Shown here: positions 53,932 to 64,000 of the stretch, piece after piece
Position numbering within the stretch: the first letter of the stretch is position 1
Layout: each line of letters opens with the position of its first letter
DNA from: Eutreptiella sp. 'Long Island Sound 2002'
Lineage: Eukaryota; Protista; Euglenida
Direction: 5' to 3'
Assembly (NCBI GenBank): GCA_964036045.1
Contig: OZ038378.1
Span: forward strand, 195,176,001 to 195,240,000
Length of the DNA stretch: 64,000 nt
Program-made: the position numbers and the translations under genes
Notes under the pieces: model-generated
Seen by the model: only the letters and a program-made list of their open reading frames with translations
The model's database searches: none
Told to the model about the DNA's origin: nothing

Positions 53932-56900
53932 GCAGGCAGGCAAGGCACTACGCTCACAAGGGCATCAATACGCCTGTGTCATGTGACAAAGCGTTTCAGA
54001 ATCCTTGCCACTCTGCAAAGAGGGAACGAAAGTATGTACAGCAACACATCAGGATATGTACACATGGGGTTAAGACTGGACTGGGGTAAGGGCATCACAG
54101 GACCATAGACACTCAGTCCCAACTCATATCCCAATCCCAGGTCCGACCCTCTCAGTGGCTGATGGGGGCGGGGGCTCAAACACAACCCATGCCCTGCTCA
54201 GTCCGGACCCTGAAACCCTGCCCATAAGGAAGGTGTCTGGCCCAGCCACAGGCGAGTTCCTGGGAACCAAGGCGCTCCAAGGTCAACCGACAGTGGCTCC
54301 GTATGCTCCCTTAACGGCAGGTCCCAACTCCGCCCTGAGCCAGAGATATGGCCCCGCCATTATCACCCAGGAGTTGGTAGCTGAAAATGGGCTGTTTCAG
54401 CCCAACCTGAAGTTAACTCAAAAATCCCCAAAATTGACCCCTCACCCGGACCCGTCAGCGGTGGGGACGAGGCAACTGACCCTCTGCGCCTCGCATACGA
54501 ACTCCCTGGAGCCCTCACCCAACCTGGTTCCCTCTGAGGTCCCAGCATCAGGGCACCACGGGTTCGTCACGTGGGGTCATGATTGCCAAAATGGCAAAAT
54601 CGGCCGTCTCGGGCGACCGTCCAGGGTAGGAAATCTTGGCGATATTGACGCGCCAAGCCTTGATTCACAACCCTTGATATCCCCTTTGGTCCCATGCCCT
54701 GGGTTATCGCTTGCTGTTCACCGAGGGGATGACCACACGGACGGGGCAGAAAGCAACATGCGGTGCAAAGGTGGGGATCGTGGATCGCACCAAAAGTTGA
54801 ATAACTCCGGATGAGCCGGAGGAGCAAATACGAAACTCAAGGGCGTTCAACCCTTGGTCATATGCTACAATATGCGCCCTTCCTTCCTGGCTAGATCCCG
54901 TGCCCCATGGAGATATGGTAATTCCAATATGGCCTACAATGGCAAAAACAGCGAAATTTGGCCAAAACGGCCCGCACTCATGATTCCATATCTCCATGGC
55001 CACGGCGAGGATCCTTTCAACCAAAGATGCGATAGACACATGGGACTTAGGTCCCAATATATGCCACTTGCCATCCCTCATGGTCGCCTCTAGCTATTTT
55101 TCCCATTGGAGGGAAAGTGACACACGTATGGGGCAGAATGGCAACATACCCCAAATTGGGTGACTCACAACTCTCCCATCAAGAGGAGAGGCCACATGGG
55201 GAAACACCCCATTCGATGTGGGCTTATGTGCCCTCTCCGAATTGCCCTTACCCTTGGTCAAGTGGCGCACGCAACCTCGGGGGTGAAATCAGGGGGAGAA
55301 GGAGTTTGTGGCCATTTTGGGCAAAACGGCCAAAATTCACCCAAAAGTGGTCCCTCCAAATATCGTATCTCCGTATCACGAAAGAAAGGAGCCTCGGGCT
55401 TTTGCATGGATGCAAACCGAAGCTTTGCTTCCCTTTTGCAACAAGGGTTGAGGTTCAAAGCACAATGAAAGCATTTTTAACACCTCAATCCTTGATGCAC
55501 ACTATTTATGGGAAAAAGTGCATATATCGGCGATATTGGCATGAGCATATCTTTGGGACCTTGAGGAGCAAAAATATGAGTAAACACTTTTGGAGTGGGC
55601 CCATAGTAGGTGCTTTCAAACATGCACCCTATGGTTAGATTGTCTCCGCCCACTCGTGTCATTAGTGCTTGCATATGAGCGCGTGTGCAAAGAGGCAATG
55701 TGGCACGCGTGCTCACAAGGCGAAATAATATAAAATAGAAGACAAGGTTGTAAAAATCAACCAAGCCATCCACGATGTCCTTCGTGGTCTCTACTTTACA
55801 TATTGCCTTGGTTCGAGGCTCAACTCCCCATAGGCTTCGAGTACGAGCCTCGGGGGTTTGGCCATTTTGGCCTAATTTTCGACCAAAACTTGCCCTCTTT
55901 TGAAAATAGAGTTTTGGTACGCATGGAATTGCGTGGAGCCATCGTTGAGTTGGCTCGTAAAACGAAAATGGCCTCGGGCTTTTGGTCTTGTGAGCATTGT
56001 GTTCGGTCATTAACGTTCATGCTCACATGGGCACAAAGTTAGCGTTTGCGCACGCAAACGACTTGGGTTTGCGAGACCCATAGGCTGCCTAAAACACCGC
56101 CATCGCCCGCTTCCCTAAGCAAGATGATACGCCCGCGTGAAAGGGGCATGGATGAAAGACATAGGGGGGAGACGTAGGGTACCGTGCGAACTCTTGGTCC
56201 TTGAGAAGCATGAGTTCGCACGATCGACGGAAAGCCTTGCGCGCTGATTTTCTCGAAAACGCAACAGCGAAAAATTCTGGTGAATACACCAGATGAAAGT
56301 TCATAAAATACCCTCTAGATTCAGCCCTTAAGTTCTCTTAGAACCTCACAGGTACTCGAGAAAAGTCAATCACAAAACTCGCCACGGAGAAGCGACGAAG
56401 GCGCGCGAACAGGCGACATCAGGCGGCGATTTCACGACAATTAGAAATCGCGGTAGAAATCGGGTATTTCACCGATTTCTGACCGAAAATCGATCAAGAC
56501 AATAAAATCACGGTAATTCTACATCGATTTATTGGTTAGAAATCGGATTTCAGATTTCACGGGTTAGAGAACGGGGATAGCCGGTATCAACGGCTTCCGC
56601 ACGGGTATGACGGCTCGCAGGCCTCCGGGCCATGGGCCATAACGGGTGTGACTGACCACAGGCCTCCGGGCCATGGGCCATAGGTTCTGGGTACCGCTTC
56701 ACCCCCCTCCTTAGAGCAAACCCTGGGGGGGGCTCGATAACACCCAAGCATGGCAGCGGGTACCCAGGACCATTTCCTGAAAGGGGGGGGGGGTGTCACA
56801 TCCTCACCTCAGTAAGTCACAGTAAGATAGGTATCCCACAGTGGGATAGGTATGCTGCTGTGACAGCTCGTAGCACATGTACAGTATCAAGTATCAAGTC

Positions 56901-58196
56901 CCGGGTCCTGGCGGCGATTGTTCGGCATCCAAAGGACCCGTTAACCCATACCAGGCGCACCGGGTGCCGGCTGCTACGGTCACCACCACAGTGGCAGTGG
57001 CATACACGGCCAACATAGGCGTCACAAAACGGCCCAGGTGGCCCCACAAGTCGAGAGCGACCACAAAGATCCATCAGGCTACCCCAAGCTTCCCAAGGCC
57101 CGCCGACTGGGGAGAGTCCCCACGGGTCCTTCCTCGGGCGCACCATGTCCATATCCATACGACGCGAGTCCAGAGTGCCATAGTCGAACTCCTTACGAAC
57201 CCCAGATCGTAAGGGAACTCCTCCTGAAGGGATCGGGCATCAAGGCCGTCTTTTCCCTCGCCCTATTACCACGAAGCGTGGCCATACATGAGGGAGTCCT
57301 CATGCAGTGTGGGCGGAGGCGTCGACTCCTCAAACCACCAGTTTCCCAGGCAGACTGACCGAGGTCAGGAGCACCGGAGGCCGCCATCCGAATGCAAGTG
57401 CGTCTGCGAATCGGTAGGCTCACACTGGGACTGACAGTGGCGGACCGCTGGGAGTGTAGTCAGGCAACTGGGCTTCCCGCCTGGCGCCATCAGGATCTCC
57501 ACACATCACAGCGAATAGGGCAACACGGTATCACGGGCACTCAAACAGTAGAATCTGTAATCAAGTACTGGTCCAGGCTGGACCAGGCTGTAAGAATATG
57601 TACATGGCGACTCAAGGCGCCTCTGTATCCCGATTCGTGGTGAAAAACAGTCCATTCCTCAGCGATGGGCTGATGACACTTAACATACAGATGCACATGT
57701 CCTGGAGGGCAGAAAAACAAGCAATAATCTGGGTAAATAGGCGTGTAAACACACTCAGAACAGAGTGCCAAACCACGCCACGGTCAGGATAAGGCAAATG
57801 CAGGAGGATGGACAGGATAACGCCTGAGTTCAGGCATATATAGTCTCGAGACACACGCCGACTGGTCTGGATTCCGCAAATGCCATGGAACCAGACCACA
57901 CACTCAAAAATCGCAATGCCGATGACAGCGGCATCCGTTGCGCAACGTCGTATGGGCTTCAAGGCCCCAAGAGCTCAAAAATATGAAGGTCAGTCGCCCT
58001 ACCTGGTTTCCCAAGGATTCAGCAGGGGGGGTAAGTGACGAATAAAAGAAGAGAGGGGCCATCCTCCTCTGGATTCAGCAGGGGGGGGTATATGGCCACT
58101 CTGTCACCGAAAGATGGAAGAGAGCAAGCAAGTAAGGGACGATTCGTCGGCCTCACAAGCGCTCATAACACATCAGGGGAGAGCTCAGGGCGCTGA

Positions 58197-61100
58197 TCAG
58201 GCACCCCTGGCTGCAATCGCCCGGGTGAGTGCTGCCAAGTCCGAAACGTGGATCTTGGTCTTGTGCTTGCGGATGTACTCCATGAAGGGAGTATTGACCC
58301 GCGGCACAAACGAAGAGACGGGTTCCCAGGTGTCGTGGGACGGCCCATAGCCTCGCCAACGAACCTTGAACTCCAGACCTCCGGGTGCCGAGGCCTTCGG
58401 ACGCTGAGCCAGGATCTTCTCGACAGTATAGTCGTCCTGCTCAGCATAGTCGTCGTCCGAATCGGCCTCATGTTTGGCGTAGTCCAGGGACACATGTCGG
58501 CCACGGAGGTCGGGTTCCCGCACACGGAGTTGACTCTCGTGGCGCTCCCGGAACTGTCCGTGACCCACCTTGATGCGGTAGGTGTCCTCACCAATCCTGC
58601 GGACCACCTCGCCGGGTGTGAACCAGGTTTTGGTGCGGTGGGTGCCCATGGGGCGGGGTCTGATCACCCACACCGGGTCTCCCACCCTGAACTTCCGCGC
58701 TGTCGAGCTCGGGGCGGACTTCTGACGCTCAGCATGCTCCTTCTCAAGCTGCTGGCGGATGTCCCGCGCCGTTTGCTCTTGCCGCGCGAAGAACTCCTTG
58801 GCATCCATAGCCATGCCATCACCAGACAAGGGAAGTCCCCTACCCAGGGGGTCCCTGCCAAACAGAATCTGGTGAGGGGACAAACCGCCCGGAGTGGGGG
58901 TGTCATGATGGGCCTTCAGAGCAGGCCACATCTCCTCGAACCAGTTCCGCCGTGGATTGGTGATGTGGATCTTGCGCAGCTTCTCGAACAGCTGCCGTCC
59001 AGCCACTTCAGCACGGCCGTTAGACCGGCTGAGATAGGCAACGCTCTTGGCATGTCGTATTCCCATGAGGGAACACATAGCCTTGAACCAGCCACCAGTA
59101 AACTGGGGCCCTCGGTCACTGCAAATGGTGCGGGGGATGTCAAAGACGGTCAGCCAATGACGAATCATCATGACTGCCACTTCCTTGGCAAGCAACCCCT
59201 TTTTGCGTGCCGGAACGGCTACAACGTAGCCGCTGTGGCGGTCCACACAGAGAACCACACAGTCAAAGGTCTCCTTGCCAATGTGCACTTCGGGCATGGA
59301 GAAGACGTCCATGGCCACGCTCTCCATGGGCTGGTCAGGAACCGGGGTCCATTGGGGTTCCCCCTTGACGTTCCGGTTGTCGGGATTGCAGGACTGACAG
59401 ACCGAGCAACCCTTCCTGACCTTCTTGATGGCGGTGTAGAGAACGATATGGTCGATCTCGAACCGACGCTGCATGTCAAGAGCTTGCTTCTTGACCCCTG
59501 GGTGCAGCATGTGGTGGTGCCAAGCTTCACACAGCTCGAGCACCCGGGACTCTGGGACTAGCAGCTTACCATTCCGGTAGAGCTTGCCATCTTCCTCAGT
59601 CAGCCCCTTTGGCCACTTCTGCCCGTCGTCAGGGTCGGTCACAGCCCTATACTCGGCCGCAAAGGCCTCAGACTTGGCGTAATCGTCGGTCCAGTCGTCC
59701 TGGAGGCAAGACTCTGGGAAGAGGTGCTTGTCGGACTCCACTCCCACAGGGGGTGCCGGACCGGGCCTTCCGCCCGCGGCACCCACAGGGGCGAGTACAC
59801 TGACCGCTCTGCTCACCCTCGATGCGAGGGGGGCATCGGCAGCCATGACGACGAAGCATTTAACATCCTCCTCCTCCATCAGGCGCTCCATTTCAATGAT
59901 CTTCTTGGCTTCAGCGGTCTCAGCCTCATCGCCATGGGCAGAGATATCCTGCATGCCCTTGCTGGCGGGATAGGCCCACCTACTGAGACAGTCCGCCACG
60001 GTGTTATCCTTTCCAGGAATATAAACAACCGTAAGGTCGAACTTGGCCAAGGTCTCATGCCATCGTGCCCGTCGGGAGGCGGGACCTGAGGGGGTGTCCA
60101 CGTGCTCCTTGTGCCACGACTGCAGACTCTGATGGTCGGTGCAGACGGTGACGGGATGGAGGGCTATGTACCCAGCCCATTTCCTGAGAGCCATGACGAT
60201 GGCATACGCCTCCTTTTCACGGGGCGTCCACGTCCGTCTCTGGCCTTCCGCCAGGACTCGGCTCCAGAAGGCCACGGGCACGTGCCTCCCGTCGTCAAGC
60301 ACTTGCTCCAACACAGCGCCAATGGCGTAGTCGGAAGCGTCGGTGCGCAGGACGAACCCTCGGTCGGGATCCACGAGGTGCAGACCCACTGCGGATAGCA
60401 GCGCCTGCTTCATCCCCTCAAAGGCACGGTCGGACTCAGCTGTCCAGACCAGAGCCTTCTTGGACCCCTTCTTGGTCTCCTCTCGGTTGCCCTTGAGCAT
60501 GGTCGTCATGGGGGCTGCATACTCGGCATACATTTTGATATACCCCGAGTAGTAATTGCAGAACCCCAGATACGCCCGTAGCTCAGAGACCGTTTTGGGC
60601 TTTTCCCAGTGCTCAATCGCCGCCACCTTGCCGGGTATGGGCTTTCGCTGCCCGTTCCCGACTACGTGGCCAGCGAAGACCACCTCGCTTACCGCAATGG
60701 TGGCCTTGTCACTGCTGCCCGTGAGCTTGTGCCGAACCAGAAGGTCCAGCACTCGAGTGACGTCCCTCTCGTGTGCCTCCAGGAGCTCCTCGTAGCTCAT
60801 GCTGGGGTCCCCGGACGCAATGATCACGTCGTCCACGAAGGGGTCCGCACAGTCGCGCACCGGCTCAAGCAGGTTCTCCAGCATCCGCTGAAAAGCCGCA
60901 TTGCCGTTGGTAACGCCCATAGGCATCACCTTCCACTGGAGAGGTCCAAGTGGGGTGCTCATGGCCGTGCAGGCACGGGACTCTTCGGCGAGAGGCATCT
61001 GATGATAACCATGTTTCAGGTCAATCACCGTGAAGATCCTCCGCCGGTGTTGTTTTTGCAGCATATCCTCAATGAGGGGCAGCGTATAGCTGTCGTGCTG

Positions 61101-62562
61101 CGTTTGGGCGTTCAGGCCGCGGTAGTCGACCACGAGCCGCCACTCACCGGCAACCTTCTTCGGGACGACGAAACAGGGAGAGGCCCACTCGGAGTGGCAC
61201 GGCTCAAGCCAGCCTCTCTGGATGAAGTCACGGAGGATCTTCTCCATGGCCTCTTTCCTCTCGCCCCTCAGGGCAAACTCCCGGTGGCGATACACACGGG
61301 GGTCCTGCTTCAGTCGTATCTTGGCCTCGCCATACGGTCCACGTACCGGTGGAGGAAACACAGGCTTACCGCTGAAGAAGGTCTCGCCATACTTCTGCTT
61401 CAGCCTGGCCCTCAACGCCTGGATCTTGGGGCAGTCATCGGACTCTGCCTTGGCTTTTCCGGGCACTTGAACCACGGAGCTTACTTGAGGGGTAGCGACC
61501 CCGCTCGCTTTCGGCTCAGGTGGTCTTCCCAGGTGGCCCAAAGGGCCATCTCTGGTCTTGCCTCGGAACAGATCGCCGTAGGTGGGTGGGTTACCGCCAG
61601 GCGGCTCGTCTTGGCTGGACATGTGATCCAGCACCCTCTGCACGAAGGTATTCCCGTCATAGGAACCGGAGACGATTGAGTCCACTTCCCACCAGGCTTT
61701 GTCCTGGCCTTTGCCCTCACGCTGGTTTCCCCAGTCGTGAAAGGGCTGATCCATATACCCCTGAACCAGATCCCACTCCTCTTCAGTGAGGGGGTCTTCG
61801 GAGTCCGATTCTTCGATGTCAACAGGGGGAACCGCAAAGCATTGCCTCCAAGGCTCTGCTATGATACGGTTGACACACACGAAGTCCGTGGTGTCGGCCT
61901 GATCAAGGCCCCCATCCACATAGTGGAATTCTGTTGGCCATCTCTGGGGTGGCATGGGCTGTCCCTTAGCGTCCTGATAGACACTCTCTCCAGCCGGTAG
62001 GACGACCTTGTTCAAGGTCATGTTGGTCAATGAGGCTACCCAATGTCGGGTACTTTCCTCCTCGGTGCATCCCATAGGAACAACCAGCACTGCCTTGGAG
62101 CGGTCCTTGCGAATCTTCGCTATCGCTCTTGGAATGTCCCAACGGGGGCAATGGATCCACATCAATCCCTGATGCGGACCCCAGTGCTTCTTCCACGCGG
62201 AGTCCTGGGCGCTCCAGTACTTCTCACATACCCGAAGATGGGCAGAGGTTCCTGAAGAGAACGCATCCAGGGCCAGATCCGACGCTCCCAGGTCCGCGAC
62301 CACTCGGTTCGCCACTTCGGGCCTTACGCCGTACTCTTGGTTTGCTGGCCCAGTGGGCTCAGTGTCCAGCGCGGCCACTTCGAGCTGATTGCGTTCGGGG
62401 TGGATCCATTGGCATTCCACATGGTGCTCAGGTGACGAAAGCCACGAGAGCTGGTCGTCCTGGTACAGGGTCATGGAAGCCTGGGCCGGGAGGACGCCGG
62501 AGTCCGTCTCCATCATGAAGTCGTACCCGACGATCATGTCCCAGTCCATCTCGGCCTCGTAG
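58197..62562 (-). mobile_element. pol: Ty3/Gypsy chromovirus pol polyprotein (protease remnant - MTase-like - RT - RNase H - integrase - chromodomain), 5'-interrupted by hAT
   Basis: Uninterrupted 1450-aa ORF: DMIVGYDF (protease C-terminal motif), FVVPKK..WRLVVDYRGLN, DLKHGYHQ, MPMG, FVDD (RT), TDASDYAIGAVL..TDHQSL (RNase H), HH..HPG..C..C plus D..D..E-type core (integrase), YTVEKIL..FKVRWRGYGPSHDTWEP (chromodomain). Confidence 0.95.
61914..62339 (-). other. DIRS-type DNA N6-adenine methyltransferase-like domain inside the Gypsy pol ORF (about aa 71-212)
   Basis: EYGVRPEV..LG...LDAFSS...YWSAQDSAWKKHW...MWIHCP..I.RAIAKIRKD..KAVLVVP...W mirrors the DIRS MT pattern (EW.L.P..F....G...DLFAS...Y.S..DA....W....Y.FPP..I...L.KI......LV.P.W). 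Recognised by motif only. Confidence 0.7.
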
Positions 62563-64000
62563 TAGGGATGCAGATTCGCAGCGAATTCAATTTGAATTCG
62601 CCGAATTCGCTGCGAATTCGTTCGCAGCGCGAATTCGCTGCGAATTCGGCTTGAAATTCACAGTACTGCGAATTCGGGGCGAATTCGCGCTGCGAATTCG
62701 CAGGCGACGGCAAAATGATCACGCGTGCGCCTTTTTTTCCCCAGATGAAAAACTAACTTTGAACTGTGCTATGCAATAATTTTTTTGACTTTATACAATG
62801 AAAACTATGATCATTGCACTTCGATTGACCTATTCAGTTTGTTCTGCGGTGCCTGCGTACGCGTTTTCGAAAAAAAATTTTGTTTCTGAGTTTTGATCAC
62901 ACCGCTTTGTCCGCCTCGCTTCACTGAACACGGCGGTACCTTCCATTCTACCCAGAACCCCACCAGTTTGGAGAAAAACCCGTCTCGAACTTTTCATTTT
63001 CGACTTTTTTTTTTGCACTTTTGACAGTCAAAACGTGTTCTCCCTTGCCTACGCTTCACACTGGTACCCTTCTTACCCTTCACGGTGCCCTGCACGCAGA
63101 GAAATCCTGATGACGAGGTTTGAAAAAGTCCAGATTTGACTGTCCTGCACTGCCACAACGACTGGCAGTGGAATGGTGGAATGATGAACCGGAAAAATCA
63201 TAAATATGAAACAGGTATGAAATTACACTCCAGAGGCGGCAGCGATCGCAGCTGCAGCGAAGGCGCTCACCGCCAGAGCGCTGGCAGCCACTTCCCGCCG
63301 CCTGTCCTCCTTTGTGACTTTCATGCGTGCCAGGATGCGAAGATTATGATAAATAAAGACAAGTTTGCGCAAGCGCTCAGGTTTCAATCTGTTTCTGTTC
63401 CTAGTGTACAGCTGTCCGAATTCATTCCAGTTTCGTTCCGTTGCACCCGCAGTGGCTGGAATAGCCCCCAGGGCAATAGCAACATTCTGCAGAGGGCCAG
63501 GGTCGGCGTATGCTTTCCACCAGCCATATGAGGACAGTGAATCAACGACCAGCAGGGAGAACAAATTTGAACCAACATCAAATGGTGCCTCCCCAGCACG
63601 GAACTTACCATACTCTTGCAGTGCTTGTGCACGCTGCTTCTCAGGAACCATTTCCTTGAGGGCATTAAGGGCTGCCTTTCTTTCGAACTCGTTGAGGTCC
63701 GGCACACCATTCTTGGGATTCAAGCAATAGGCCAGGACATGTGCGTCGTCATGCATGTAATCCCATCGGTCTGTGTACAGTTTCTCCACTCGTTTCCTCA
63801 CGCTTTCTTCATTCGCGCTCCATGGCTTCTCTCTTCCCGCTCGCGTCTTGCTCTTCAGATTTCCTGGAATTGCGCTGAGGACCTTTTCTCGCAACGACTT
63901 CATCCTGGGCCAAACTTCTTGGAGCAGCGGCTGATCTCCCTCAAAGTAAGTAATTTCAGATCGGATCGGACTCGTAATGGCCACGACAGTTTCAAGCAGT
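62563..64000 (-). mobile_element. hAT DNA transposon, 3' end with TIR and subterminal repeats; continues beyond the window
   Basis: Terminus TAGGGATGCAG.. (Ac-like TAGGGATG) at 62563; about nine GAATTC-core palindromic repeats at 62575-62705; transposase C-terminus downstream. Confidence 0.85.
63223..63984 (-). CDS. hAT transposase, C-terminal part with dimerisation domain
   Basis: AYCLNP, WWKAYA..P.LQ.VA..L.AIPATAGATERNW..F...T.NRNRL..ERL.KLVFIYHN; the ORF is open toward the window edge. Confidence 0.9.
   Translation of the reverse strand: MAITSPIRSEITYFEGDQPLLQEVWPRMKSLREKVLSAIPGNLKSKTRAGREKPWSANEESVRKRVEKLYTDRWDYMHDDAHVLAYCLNPKNGVPDLNEFERKAALNALKEMVPEKQRAQALQEYGKFRAGEAPFDVGSNLFSLLVVDSLSSYGWWKAYADPGPLQNVAIALGAIPATAGATERNWNEFGQLYTRNRNRLKPERLRKLVFIYHNLRILARMKVTKEDRRREVAASALAVSAFAAAAIAAASGV

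Noticed and set aside
57040-57650. Plus-strand frames faintly resembling decayed RT/RNase H
   Set aside because: No YxDD or other diagnostic motif; the region may simply be LTR/UTR sequence of the adjacent Gypsy element.

Overview
Eukaryotic, intron-rich, repeat-dense genomic DNA. The many long G/C runs, a GT-R-Y-G donor consensus and the dispersed repeats are compatible with a large-genome protist such as a euglenid, but this is inference only. Three host genes could be reconstructed by hand. (1) A partial minus-strand alpha/beta-hydrolase gene with a bacterial-looking motif set (exons 5984-5862, 4650-4400, 1566-1420); its GHSRG elbow is split by a 2.8-kb intron. (2) A partial minus-strand ALY/REF-like RRM gene with two WxHD motifs (about 17.5-14.5 kb). 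(3) A complete plus-strand MSH5 gene: 25 exons at 20851-47461, 806 aa, all 24 introns GT-AG and phase-consistent, 21 of 24 donors with T at +4. The MSH5 introns carry foldback/MITE-like elements, minisatellites and a long inverted-repeat pair that brackets exons 12-13. The right end is a nested transposon cluster: a Pro-rich gag-like ORF, then an uninterrupted 1450-aa Ty3/Gypsy chromovirus pol ORF, whose protease region is cut by a hAT DNA transposon. The most unusual signal is in that pol ORF: a DIRS-type DNA adenine-methyltransferase-like domain between the protease remnant and the RT. All homology calls come from motif recognition; no searches were run. Most ORF-track entries are spurious.
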